DNA of 64,000 nucleotides, from positions 1 to 64,000 of the forward strand of contig JAZDKB010000006.1 of NCBI GenBank assembly GCA_043803405.1, read 5' to 3'. A program made the position numbers and the translations under genes. How positions within the stretch are numbered: position 1 is the first letter of the stretch; the number at the start of each line of letters is the position of its first letter. The notes beneath the pieces are model-generated. The model made no database searches. It saw only the letters and a list, made by a program, of their open reading frames with translations, and had not been told where the DNA came from. This document shows positions 50,777 through 60,527 of this stretch, piece by piece. This DNA comes from Spirochaetota bacterium. Its GTDB lineage: Bacteria; Spirochaetota; UBA4802; JAFGDQ01.

Positions 50777-51565
50777 TTACCAGCCCATATCCGCGGGCTG
50801 CCAGTTTTCATAAGGCCTGTGTATTTTGGAATATAATTGTTCAAGTTTTCCCGAAGCTCTTAATTTTCTCAAAGCATCGGAAAGAATGTTATTGATTCTG
50901 TCGCCGCCGGGTCCTTTTGAAATTATAATTGCGTCTTCAAAATCCTGCCATAATTCTCTGCGAATGTTCTTTAATTTAAGATTTTTTATAGTAAAATCAA
51001 CTTCTTCCTGAGCCCATACCAGGGCATCAATTCTTTTGTTAGCCACTTTTCTTAATCCCTGTGTAACATCGTTAGTTGAAATAACAGGAAACGGGTATTG
51101 ACTTTCAATGCCGCTGGCGCCTTCAATTTTATAAGGGAACTGGCCGCTCTTTGCATTAAGGATCGCATCATCAAGCATCTTTTTATTTATTGGATTGTCC
51201 GTATTCGAATAAATAACAAATCGGACTTTCCCCATCTTTTCAGTAACTGTACCATAAGGGAGTTTCGATTGGTCAATTTTTAAATTTCTAAATGTCGGTA
51301 TGTGAAAATCAGCTTTACCTGCAATAACATTATTCACGGACCGCGCAAACGGATACAATTCTATTTTAATTGTGCCCTCTGTATATACTTCATCAATAGC
51401 TTTTACAATATCCACAAATGCACCTTTATCGGGCGTGTCCGCAAGCCCCGGCAATTGAGCCAGACTGGCGACTAAATCCGTTGAGTTCCCGAGTCTGAGT
51501 AAAAAAGGAAGTGATAACAACATAAAAAGACAGGCTGCGGATTTAAAAAATCTTTTAATTTGCAT
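50777..51565 (-). CDS. Periplasmic substrate-binding protein (family 3-like)
   Basis: Signal peptide, GAFVDIVKAI, YPFARS, GKADF, KRIDA, LRKLRASGKL; ATG 51565 after GGAGG. Confidence 0.8.
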   Translation of the reverse strand: MQIKRFFKSAACLFMLLSLPFLLRLGNSTDLVASLAQLPGLADTPDKGAFVDIVKAIDEVYTEGTIKIELYPFARSVNNVIAGKADFHIPTFRNLKIDQSKLPYGTVTEKMGKVRFVIYSNTDNPINKKMLDDAILNAKSGQFPYKIEGASGIESQYPFPVISTNDVTQGLRKVANKRIDALVWAQEEVDFTIKNLKLKNIRRELWQDFEDAIIISKGPGGDRINNILSDALRKLRASGKLEQLYSKIHRPYENWQPADMGW

Positions 51566-51787
51566 GCAAACCTCCATGTAATTATTTTATATAATTTTAT
51601 TTATTACTGAATAAAAATAAAATATATATTATGTAACTTATTATTAATATTTTATGCCCCTTATTTTAATTCTGTTTTGCCGGAAAAGTCAAATTAATAT
51701 TTTTTGTTTGATTTTTCTGTTCTTATAACATATAATTAAACCGATTATTTTAGTACCCTGCTAGAAATATAATTGGAGTGAAAAAAA

Positions 51788-53401
51788 ATGAACTTAAAAA
51801 TGGATTTATTAAAAAAGGATTTTTTTAAAAATTTACTGATTTATCAAAGAATTATTTTAATACAATTCATTTCAATATTGCTTATAATGACTTTTTTCGG
51901 CATTTATTTATATACTTCCAACCGGTCGAAAGAAATTAAGCAGCTTGTCCTGCAGACAGATCAGCTAAAAGAAAGACTTTCGTCCAACCTGTCGATTCCA
52001 TTGTGGAATTTCGACAATGACAGCTGCGACAGAATGTTTATGCAGGAAATAAAAGATAAATATATTTCGGCCATTGTGCTTAATCAAAATGAAAAATTGT
52101 TTCTTGGCAAAATTAAGTCGGAAAAAGGCGATATCGTTAGCATCGATGATATTAAAAAATATGAGGGATCATTGACTAAAAGTTATGAAATAAAAAAAAC
52201 AAAGGTGATATATAAGGAAAATAATGTTGATAAGGAAATCGGAGATCTTGTACTTTATGTTACGGATGACTACGTTCGCGACAAATTGACAGGGTTATTA
52301 ATCCAGACAATTCTACAGGCAATTATTCTGGTGATAGCATTAAGCATAATCACTTTCTTTATATTAAATCTATTTTTAAATAAACCGCTGAAGGAGATAA
52401 CCAATACCGCCGGCAGAATAGCTAACGGGGAAAACGAACTTAAGGCCTCGGTGGAAGGGCCTACCGAGATCGCAACGATGGCTCTGGCATTCAACACCAT
52501 GACAACACAGCTGAGCAGCAAAGCCGAGAGCTTTAAAAAGTCGAACGAACTGCTGACCGAGATCATTTCCAAGGCAAAGGATATAATACTTAATCTGAAC
52601 TCATCCTCTACAGAAATAGAGGCTGCAGCACAGGAGCAGTCCGCAGGCGCAGGCGAGCAGGCAAGCGGTGTTACCGAGGTCAGCGCCACCCTCGAAGAAC
52701 TGACGATCACAGCCAAGCAGATAACAAAGAACGTGGGTGAGCTGGTAATTTCAAGTGAAGAAGTTGCAAGGCTGCTGACCGAGAGTGAAAAGCAGCTGCT
52801 TGATATGGTAGCGCATCTGGATGATGTCGCGGCCATAAGCGCGAAGAATACATCTTCCATAGGAGAACTTGGAAAGAGGTCCGTTATTATTAATGAGATG
52901 GTTGAAATGATTAAGACAATTGCTAACAAGACGGACATGCTCTCGATTAACGCGTCCATTGAAGCTGCCAAAAGCAAGGAGTCCGGAGCAGGTTTCTCGG
53001 TAATTGCGACAGAAATTCGGGAACTTTCGAAAGAGACAATAGATTCTGCCAAAAAAGTGGAAAATGCAGCAAAGGATATCCAGGAGCTTTTGCATACAAT
53101 TATCATTTCTTCCGAAAGCGAATCGAGCAAGGTTATTGAGAGCGGTAAAGTTACAAAATCGGTTTACGGAAACGTGGAAAAAATTGTTTCCCAGATAAAT
53201 GATAATTACAGTTTCACACAGAAAATCGACGTATCGATAAAGCAGCAGGAGATTGGCTCCAGGCAGGCGGCTGATACAATGAAACAGATGGCTGAGATCG
53301 CGAGACAATCGGCGGAAACGGCAAGGCAGACTTCGGTTGCTGTTATGGATATTGTAAATTTAGGAACCGAACTCGACAAGGTCGTTAAAAAATTTGATTA
53401 G
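51788..53401 (+). CDS. Methyl-accepting chemotaxis protein
   Basis: Two TMs, HAMP, signalling tip IANKTDMLSINASIEAAK..GFSVIATEIRELS. Confidence 0.92.
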   Translation: MNLKMDLLKKDFFKNLLIYQRIILIQFISILLIMTFFGIYLYTSNRSKEIKQLVLQTDQLKERLSSNLSIPLWNFDNDSCDRMFMQEIKDKYISAIVLNQNEKLFLGKIKSEKGDIVSIDDIKKYEGSLTKSYEIKKTKVIYKENNVDKEIGDLVLYVTDDYVRDKLTGLLIQTILQAIILVIALSIITFFILNLFLNKPLKEITNTAGRIANGENELKASVEGPTEIATMALAFNTMTTQLSSKAESFKKSNELLTEIISKAKDIILNLNSSSTEIEAAAQEQSAGAGEQASGVTEVSATLEELTITAKQITKNVGELVISSEEVARLLTESEKQLLDMVAHLDDVAAISAKNTSSIGELGKRSVIINEMVEMIKTIANKTDMLSINASIEAAKSKESGAGFSVIATEIRELSKETIDSAKKVENAAKDIQELLHTIIISSESESSKVIESGKVTKSVYGNVEKIVSQINDNYSFTQKIDVSIKQQEIGSRQAADTMKQMAEIARQSAETARQTSVAVMDIVNLGTELDKVVKKFD

Positions 53402-53601
53402 TTCCTGGTGAAATCCGGATTTCCAGATTGGGGGAATCCGGTAATTTTAGCACCGCTACATGAATTATTCAACTCAGAAGCAGGGACGGTATTTTATATC
53501 TTTCAGGTTACGGGTTTAACAATACGCCGAACCGGACTACTAGACTACAAATTTAAATACTATATACAGAATAAATGCTCTTTTAACCAGGAATTTACTA
53601 A

Positions 53602-54693
53602 TTGAATAAAATAAAAGTTTTAATAATAGATGACTCGCGTTTAATACACGTTCTTCTCGAAAAAGTAATATCATCACATGAAGATATAATAGTTATCGGA
53701 AATGCTTATGACGGGAAAGAAGGTGTAGACCTCGCAAATAGTTTATCTCCCGATATAATTATTATGGATATCGGAATGCCGAGAATGGACGGGCTTGAAG
53801 CGATTGAAGAAATTATGGATAACAAGCCAACCCCGATTATTGTCTTCTCCGGCCTGAGCAAAAAGAAAATAGACCTTGGCTTTAAGGCAATGGAATTAGG
53901 CGCAGTGGATATGATTGAAAAGCCTGAAGCCGAAAACCTGTCCTCCTCAACACTTGAACAATATCTCGAAGAAAAGCTGATAAAATCGATTAAAACCTTT
54001 GCCGACATTAAATTAATAAGAAGAAGAAAAAAGAAAATAATTACTTCATTAAAGGCCGAAAAAAAGCCTTTAGCCCTGAAGGAAAATAAAAGAAATGCAG
54101 CAATCAGTAATTTTCCTGTTATTGGAATTGCTGCCAGCACAGGAGGGCCTCAGACTTTAAAACATTTAATTGAAGATCTTTCAGCCAGGAAGGTAAATGC
54201 TGCAATAGTGATAGTGCAGCATATAGCAGAGGGATTCATGAACGGTTTCCGTGACTGGCTTGCGTTATACTCGTCTTTACCTGTCATATTGCCGAAGAAA
54301 GGCGATAGCGTTGAGCCGTATAATATTTATGTCGCACCGGGTGAGCATCATTTGATTTTTGACGGAAACAGACGCTTTTCGTTCCTTGATTCACCGCCTG
54401 TTCAGGGTATACGTCCTTGTGCGGACATTATGTTTTCTTCACTGGCTGAAACATTCAAAGAAAGAGCAATCGCTGTTGTGCTTACAGGTATGGGCAGCGA
54501 CGGTACACAGGGATTGTATAAAATAAAGGAAAACAACGGATATATTATCTCTCAGGACGAAGAAAGCAGTCTTATCTTCGGCATGCCGAAAAGTGCGATA
54601 GAAACCGGTTTGGTTGATAAAATATTGAATATTTCCGAAATTTCGCAGTATTTAGAAAAAATTTGCAACGATAAACTAGCTGAGCTTGTATAA
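53602..54693 (+). CDS. cheB: Chemotaxis methylesterase CheB
   Basis: REC domain (IIDDS, MDIGMPRMDG) plus ASTGGP, VQH, LTGMGSDG, IFGMP. Confidence 0.93.
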   Translation: MNKIKVLIIDDSRLIHVLLEKVISSHEDIIVIGNAYDGKEGVDLANSLSPDIIIMDIGMPRMDGLEAIEEIMDNKPTPIIVFSGLSKKKIDLGFKAMELGAVDMIEKPEAENLSSSTLEQYLEEKLIKSIKTFADIKLIRRRKKKIITSLKAEKKPLALKENKRNAAISNFPVIGIAASTGGPQTLKHLIEDLSARKVNAAIVIVQHIAEGFMNGFRDWLALYSSLPVILPKKGDSVEPYNIYVAPGEHHLIFDGNRRFSFLDSPPVQGIRPCADIMFSSLAETFKERAIAVVLTGMGSDGTQGLYKIKENNGYIISQDEESSLIFGMPKSAIETGLVDKILNISEISQYLEKICNDKLAELV

Positions 54694-54797
54694 TGAATAA
54701 TATTTGATTATATTTAGGATATAATAAAATTCACCGGGGCAAGTCCCCGGATAATTACGGATATGTTTATCAATTTGAGAAAAAAGTTTACTCTAAA

Positions 54798-56246
54798 ATG
54801 AACGAAAACGACGCTATTTCAATTATCGAAGATATCATCAAAGAACAGGCCGGCATAATAATTGAAAAAGGCCGCAAAATTGATCTGGAAATAGTTCTCC
54901 GCAGCAGATTAATTTTCCATAAAATGCTTCCGGAAAAATATGTTGAATTTCTTAAACATAATCATGATGAGATTATTTTCGTTGCCTCGTGTTTTACTAT
55001 ACAGGAAACAAGTTTTTACCGTTATAAATCGCATTTCGACAGGTTGAAACTCGACATCATACCGGAGCTCCTTCTCAGCAAACAAAGTAAAATAAAAAAA
55101 ATAACGATTTTATCAGCAGGCTGTTCTACAGGCGAAGAGCCTTACACTATTGCCATGATACTGAATGACCTGATCCCAAATATCAAAGAATGGAATGTGA
55201 AAATCATTGCTACTGATATCAATGAAAAGGCGCTGCAGATGGCAAAAGAAGCTGTGTATTCCGAATATAAGCTCAGAAATATCGAGCACTGGTATATAGA
55301 CAGATATTTTAATGAAGTCAAAGAAAGGAAAAGCAAGATTTACGAACTGAAAGACTCGGTAAAAAATCTTGTCACTTTCAGGCACTGCAATTTGATCAGG
55401 GAGCCTTTCGAACTTTCGGATTTATATGATATTGACGTAATTTTCTGCGAAAACGTAATGATTTATTTCTGCATGGAATCAATTCAGCGGCTGATAAATA
55501 ATTTTTATAATATACTTCGAATGGACGGCTACCTGTTTTTGGGATATTCCGAAACGCTGAATTTTATTAAACATAAATTCAGCCTGTCCTGGTGGAAAGA
55601 TTCATTTACCTATAAAAAATCGGAAACACCGGATGACCCGGGCAATAATCCTTATAACCTTATCCTTGAAAAAAAAACTAAAGAATATATCGATGAGGGT
55701 TTGACGGATATCAGCAAAAAAACCTACGAGGACATTATTAATTTAATATTAAGAAACTACAATGAAGAACTGTATGATAACGTTTCCATCCTATTTAAAA
55801 AAATAGAACAAAGCAAGATAAAAATAGATGAAATGTTTCTGCTTATCAAAGCTGAATTCCAGTATGACAGAAAAGATTATCTGAACGCGGCGAACGAATG
55901 CAGAAAAGCAATAAATGTAAATTCTTCTTCGCTGGATGCTCATATTATGCTGGGTGTTATTTATCTGGAACTGAATATGCTCGAAAGCGCGGCATTTGAA
56001 TTAAAAACTTCTCTGTATATTGATAAAACATCAGTACTGGGAAATTATTATTATGCTCTGTATCAGAAAAAAATAAATAACGAATCCGAATATAAAACTT
56101 ACTTAAATACGGCAAGGCAGTTGTTTAATAAAAACGGCGGAAAGTTAAGAAACAGGCTATTCCCCATTAATGAAAAAAGCCAGAAAAAGATATTTGATGA
56201 TTTACTTAACCTGAAAATAGACAACAACTTAACCGTAGCAGTATAA
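54798..56246 (+). CDS. cheR: CheR methyltransferase with C-terminal TPR domain
   Basis: TIQETSFYR, SAGCSTGEEPYTIAM, ATDI, IFCENVMIYF, LFLGYSE; TPR helices at C-terminus. Confidence 0.9.
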   Translation: MNENDAISIIEDIIKEQAGIIIEKGRKIDLEIVLRSRLIFHKMLPEKYVEFLKHNHDEIIFVASCFTIQETSFYRYKSHFDRLKLDIIPELLLSKQSKIKKITILSAGCSTGEEPYTIAMILNDLIPNIKEWNVKIIATDINEKALQMAKEAVYSEYKLRNIEHWYIDRYFNEVKERKSKIYELKDSVKNLVTFRHCNLIREPFELSDLYDIDVIFCENVMIYFCMESIQRLINNFYNILRMDGYLFLGYSETLNFIKHKFSLSWWKDSFTYKKSETPDDPGNNPYNLILEKKTKEYIDEGLTDISKKTYEDIINLILRNYNEELYDNVSILFKKIEQSKIKIDEMFLLIKAEFQYDRKDYLNAANECRKAINVNSSSLDAHIMLGVIYLELNMLESAAFELKTSLYIDKTSVLGNYYYALYQKKINNESEYKTYLNTARQLFNKNGGKLRNRLFPINEKSQKKIFDDLLNLKIDNNLTVAV

Positions 56247-56250
56247 TCAG

Positions 56251-56296
56251 GAGATTTCTCACATTCGTTCGAAATGACACAGTACTAATCATTTCG
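56251..56296. repeat. REP-like palindromic fragment between convergent genes
   Basis: gagatttctcacattcgttcgaaatgacaca..tcatttcg; hairpin cgaaatga/tcatttcg; 12-mer shared with 8822-8833. Confidence 0.55.
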
Positions 56297-56333
56297 TAAC
56301 TGCTAAAGGTGCTGGGTAATCGTTTTTATCTGC

Positions 56334-57401
56334 TTATCTAAGTACAAAGCTGCCTTCGCCCAGAAACTGTCCGCCGGAAGTCCAGATTTCTACCGTGTAA
56401 ATTCCAGGCCCCTCCATAATAGTGTGTTTGGACCATGTCCCGAATCCGTAATTACGTCCCCCGCTTATTTCGCTCAGATGAATCGATAATAATTTTTTGC
56501 CGTTAAAGTACCATACATGATCGATCTTTTCTTTTAATCCTTTGGGAGCAAATATTGATGAGAAGAAATAAGCTTCATTTACGTTCTCAATACTATTGAT
56601 AGTAAAAGGCAAAACAGGCCTGTATTCTTCTATGCCCTCGCAGGCAATTGCACTGATAAGCTTAAGCGGGGCGGGCGGTATAAAGCTCCTTCCGAACCAG
56701 ACCAGCGCTAGGGACAGCACAAGCCCGGATGTGAATTTGGCCGCAGCTTTAAGATCTTTTTTTATCCGGATATGGTGATATAGAAACATTAATGCTGTTA
56801 CTGCTGCAATGCTTCCCGATATCACAAGGCTCCAGATGTTCCTCATGCCGAAAATAACCGGAAAAATAAAATTAAGCACGCAGAAAAAAATGAGCGCGTA
56901 ATAAACGGAGGAAGCAAATATCGAATTTAAAATTAATTTTTCGAAAAGGTAATACCAGTTCGAAATAACTGCAAGTCCGGCAATAATAAGACCGAAAACA
57001 ATATTCCTTGACGGGAATGTCATCGATTCAAAATAAAACGGCAGGATAAAAAGAAGCATGTAATTTACTGAAAACATTACGGTAATATCAGCCAGTTTTG
57101 CCGGTATAGCTGAACTATTTTTCATCAGATAAATTTTAAACGCCAGATAAACGAAAGTAAAAATAATAAAAACAGTTATTATAGGAATATACTCAAATCC
57201 TCTTTTTAAAAGAAAGATGACTGCGAATCCGGAACCGAAAGCAATGACAGGCTGGAGTTTCAATACTCTGGAAATACCCGGAGGCATTTCATTAAATATA
57301 TTTTTTATATATAGCAGCAGCCCCGGAAAACCTGCCGGGAAATTTTTTCGTGGAGGTATGCCCTCGCTGTAATACCGGATAATTTTTTTTATCAAGATCA
57401 T
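56334..57401 (-). CDS. DUF2914-like membrane protein
   Basis: Multi-TM N-terminus with ILPFYFES; C-term IPPAPL, FSSIFAP, HVW, GGRNYGFGTWS, G.YTVEI. Confidence 0.75.
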   Translation of the reverse strand: MILIKKIIRYYSEGIPPRKNFPAGFPGLLLYIKNIFNEMPPGISRVLKLQPVIAFGSGFAVIFLLKRGFEYIPIITVFIIFTFVYLAFKIYLMKNSSAIPAKLADITVMFSVNYMLLFILPFYFESMTFPSRNIVFGLIIAGLAVISNWYYLFEKLILNSIFASSVYYALIFFCVLNFIFPVIFGMRNIWSLVISGSIAAVTALMFLYHHIRIKKDLKAAAKFTSGLVLSLALVWFGRSFIPPAPLKLISAIACEGIEEYRPVLPFTINSIENVNEAYFFSSIFAPKGLKEKIDHVWYFNGKKLLSIHLSEISGGRNYGFGTWSKHTIMEGPGIYTVEIWTSGGQFLGEGSFVLR

Positions 57402-57426
57402 CCCCAAATGCAGTGCTGTTGCGATT

Positions 57427-58440
57427 TTATCCTTTATCCCCTGAACTGATATTGTAATAATCAGCCTTGTCTGTTGCAGAAATATTGATGCTGATCGGTA
57501 TGTCCGGTTCGTTTGCGCCGTACATTACTGTTGCGGTCTCCTGTTTTAAGTCCGAATATCTCAGTGTCAGTGCTGCCGCAAGTTCAACTGCTGCCGCATT
57601 TTTCGGCCCCTGCAAAACGGTAGTAGGGCCCGGGATTTCTTCCGGAAGCTCGAATATATAATCTTCTGCTTTTTTCATTCTGCGCAGGTACCCGTTCTCT
57701 TTTTCGTTCCTTCCGACAATTATTTTATTTTCTCCGTACCGGAAATGTCGTCCTTTGGACAGGATTAATATTTCATCCAGGGTAACATCTTCATTATGCT
57801 CAAGGATATCTTTTAATTTTTTTGAAAAAATTTTGTCCGTTAAAATACATCCTCCGGCCGCGGGAATAAAGGTTTCGATTCGCATATTTTTTGCAATGTA
57901 TAATTGTTCTTTTCTGCTTCTGCCATTTATAGAAAGCATTTTTTTCCTGTCAACTAAGCCTTCTTTCTCTGCATCGGTTTCCGAAAGGAATGTAGCCGAG
58001 AGCGGCCTTAAAAGCTTCCCCCTGAGCCCGGAATCTTTTTCTATTATGTTAAGGGCTATTCTGTGCTGTGACATAGGCCTTTGATTTAACACTTCGCCTG
58101 TAGCCACCAGGGAGGCGCATTCGCTTTCCATGATTTCTTTTGCTCGTCTAAGCATGAATATTTTGCAGTCTATACATGGGTTCATTCCGGTTCCATGCCC
58201 GTATTTCGGGTGCTTGACGATCTCGAGATAGTCTTCTCCCATCTGCTCAAAGCGGCATTCGATCCCAAGTTTTTCTGCTATTTCCTTAATAAGGCTGTTT
58301 CCTTTTTTATCAGGGCCGCAAAACGGCAGGGTAAAGTAAACGCCTATGACATCAATACCCTGATCCATGAGTACTTTTATTGCGAGTATAGAATCCAGCC
58401 CGCCGGATAAAAGAGCAATGGCTTTTGTTTTATTGTTCAT
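57427..58440 (-). CDS. PP-loop tRNA thiouridylase-like protein (ThiI/MnmA-like, DUF814-like C-terminus)
   Basis: LLSGGLDS, GMNPCIDCK, TGEVLNQRPMSQ, AGGCILTD, GRHFR, VGRNE.EN. Confidence 0.8.
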   Translation of the reverse strand: MNNKTKAIALLSGGLDSILAIKVLMDQGIDVIGVYFTLPFCGPDKKGNSLIKEIAEKLGIECRFEQMGEDYLEIVKHPKYGHGTGMNPCIDCKIFMLRRAKEIMESECASLVATGEVLNQRPMSQHRIALNIIEKDSGLRGKLLRPLSATFLSETDAEKEGLVDRKKMLSINGRSRKEQLYIAKNMRIETFIPAAGGCILTDKIFSKKLKDILEHNEDVTLDEILILSKGRHFRYGENKIIVGRNEKENGYLRRMKKAEDYIFELPEEIPGPTTVLQGPKNAAAVELAAALTLRYSDLKQETATVMYGANEPDIPISINISATDKADYYNISSGDKG

Positions 58441-58778
58441 TTAGTTACTGCCGCTTTTTCACATTTGAAATTGTGGATGCAATGTATTTCAGTTTCCTGT
58501 ACTATCAACTCCTGAAATCGAATGTGACAGGGTACTAAGTTGCATTATGAAATAATGCATTAAAAATTATTCGTTAATACTAAATAAATGGTTGCTTTTT
58601 TGCAACCCAAAACCGATTATCCTGTCTAATCTAATAAAATAAAAGCTAAATCCGCAATAATAAATCTTACCCTGTAATTTATACTAATCAACATGAATAT
58701 CAGGTTCCGGGATGATGTTTTTGCATTCACCATCTGGGCTCTTATTTTGTCTTAAAAAATATTACTAAGGAAAACTAA

Positions 58779-60527
58779 ATGACTTTAACCCCAACTAATT
58801 CAGCAGGATCAAAATCGAGGATCCTGCTTACAAGCGTATTCGGGCCATTCGCGCAGGATGATGAATACGGCAGCAGAAAAATAAATCCTATGGAGCTTTT
58901 TCATAACCAGGTGACCCGCGTTCAGGGACCTTTTTCTCTTCGCATGTTTCATCCGTCATTCGGATTGATGCTTATAAAGGAAAATATTAACGCGCCCTGT
59001 ACTTTGCTGGATTTTCCCGATATGAACCGCTTCATTGAAGAAATAAAAAATAATGTGTATGATATCATTGGCATAAGTTCCATTATTCCAAATGTAGATA
59101 AAGTAAAGAAGATGTGCGAACTGATACGCGAACATCAGCCGAATGCAGCGATCGTTGTAGGCGGGCATGTAGCCAATTTGCATGACCTGGAGAGCAGAAT
59201 CGATGCGGATCACATTGTAAAGGGCGAAGGCATTCGCTGGTTCCGGAATTTTCTGGGACAGGATGAGGACGCTCCGATTAAGCATCCTGTTTCCGTATCC
59301 GCATTCGGGGCGCGGATACTGGGCATGAGTTTAAGTGAAAAGCCGGGTGAAGTTGCGGCCATTGTTATTCCGTCTGTGGGCTGCCCGATGGGCTGTAATT
59401 TCTGTTCTACGTCCCATTTGTTCGGAGGCAAGGGGAAATCCATCGAGTTCTTTAAAACAGGACGCGAGCTTTTTTCCATAATGAGTAATCTCGAAACTAA
59501 ACTAAAAGTCCGTTCATTTTTTGTTATGGATGAAAACTTTTTGCTCAATAAAAAAAGAACTCTGGAACTGCTTGACCTGATGAAGAAGCATAACAAGAGC
59601 TGGTCGTTCAGCATTTTCAGTTCCGCAAGGGTAGTCAAATCATATACAGATGAAGAGCTGGTAAGGCTCGGTATATCCTGGATATGGATGGGGCTTGAGG
59701 GCGAAGAAAGCCAGTACTCAAAACTTGACGGGATTGACACGAAATCCATGATTAAACATCTTCAGTCGCTGGGGATCCGCGTTCTGGGTTCTTCAATTAT
59801 CGGTCTGGAAAATCATACGCCGGAAAATATAAATGAAGCAATTGAATGGGCGGTAAGTCACGATACGGTTTTTCATCAGTTTATGCTGTATACGCCGCTT
59901 CCTGGCACGCCGCTTTTTGAAAAGCACAAGAAGGAGAAATCGCTCCTTTCAGAGAAGGAATGTCATGTGGCGGATACGCATGGCCAGTACAAATTCAATC
60001 ATAAGCATCCTTTTATTAAAAATCAGGCTGAGACCGAATTCCTGCTAAGGGCTTTCGACAGCGATTTTAAAGTCAACGGGCCAAGTCTTCTAAGGCTAAT
60101 ACGCACAATGCTGGCAGGCTGGAAAAACCTGAAAGAGCATTCCGATCCGTGCGTACGGGACCGCGTCAGATGGGAGTATGCTCCGCTCAGGTCAACACAC
60201 GCAGCGGCGTTATTCGCGATGAAAATATGGTACAGGAATGATAAGCCGGTTTATAAAAAAGTCACTGCTGTTTTAAAAGATGTTTATAACGAATTCGGAT
60301 GGAAGACGGAATTAATTTCGAAGTTACTTGGTCCGGTTTTCTTTATCTTAATGAAAATGGAAAACCGCAGGCTTTTAAAAGGCTGGACCTACGAGCCGTC
60401 TTCAAGATACGAAAAAAATGCCGCTGCAAAGATCGTGGATCTGAAAGCAAAGGCTGTTAGCTTAAAAGAGGATAGTGCGCAAACACAGATCAGGAGACTG
60501 TCGCCTGTGCCGGAAAATATAGACTAA
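58779..60527 (+). CDS. Cobalamin-binding radical SAM enzyme
   Basis: B12-binding segment DIIGISS..IVVGGH..DHIVKGEG; GCPMGCNFC; MDENF; YTPLPGTP. Confidence 0.85.
   Translation: MTLTPTNSAGSKSRILLTSVFGPFAQDDEYGSRKINPMELFHNQVTRVQGPFSLRMFHPSFGLMLIKENINAPCTLLDFPDMNRFIEEIKNNVYDIIGISSIIPNVDKVKKMCELIREHQPNAAIVVGGHVANLHDLESRIDADHIVKGEGIRWFRNFLGQDEDAPIKHPVSVSAFGARILGMSLSEKPGEVAAIVIPSVGCPMGCNFCSTSHLFGGKGKSIEFFKTGRELFSIMSNLETKLKVRSFFVMDENFLLNKKRTLELLDLMKKHNKSWSFSIFSSARVVKSYTDEELVRLGISWIWMGLEGEESQYSKLDGIDTKSMIKHLQSLGIRVLGSSIIGLENHTPENINEAIEWAVSHDTVFHQFMLYTPLPGTPLFEKHKKEKSLLSEKECHVADTHGQYKFNHKHPFIKNQAETEFLLRAFDSDFKVNGPSLLRLIRTMLAGWKNLKEHSDPCVRDRVRWEYAPLRSTHAAALFAMKIWYRNDKPVYKKVTAVLKDVYNEFGWKTELISKLLGPVFFILMKMENRRLLKGWTYEPSSRYEKNAAAKIVDLKAKAVSLKEDSAQTQIRRLSPVPENID

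Noticed and set aside
52270..53130. 286-aa Ser-rich ORF on - strand
   Set aside because: Antisense to the MCP coiled coil; a typical shadow ORF.
54734..54750. ccgggg-caagt-ccccgg hairpin as an IS200/IS605 end
   Set aside because: Too short and single, with no tnpA/tnpB nearby.
58441..58778. Cobalamin or other riboswitch upstream of the B12 radical SAM gene
   Set aside because: No B12-box or other riboswitch consensus recognisable by eye.
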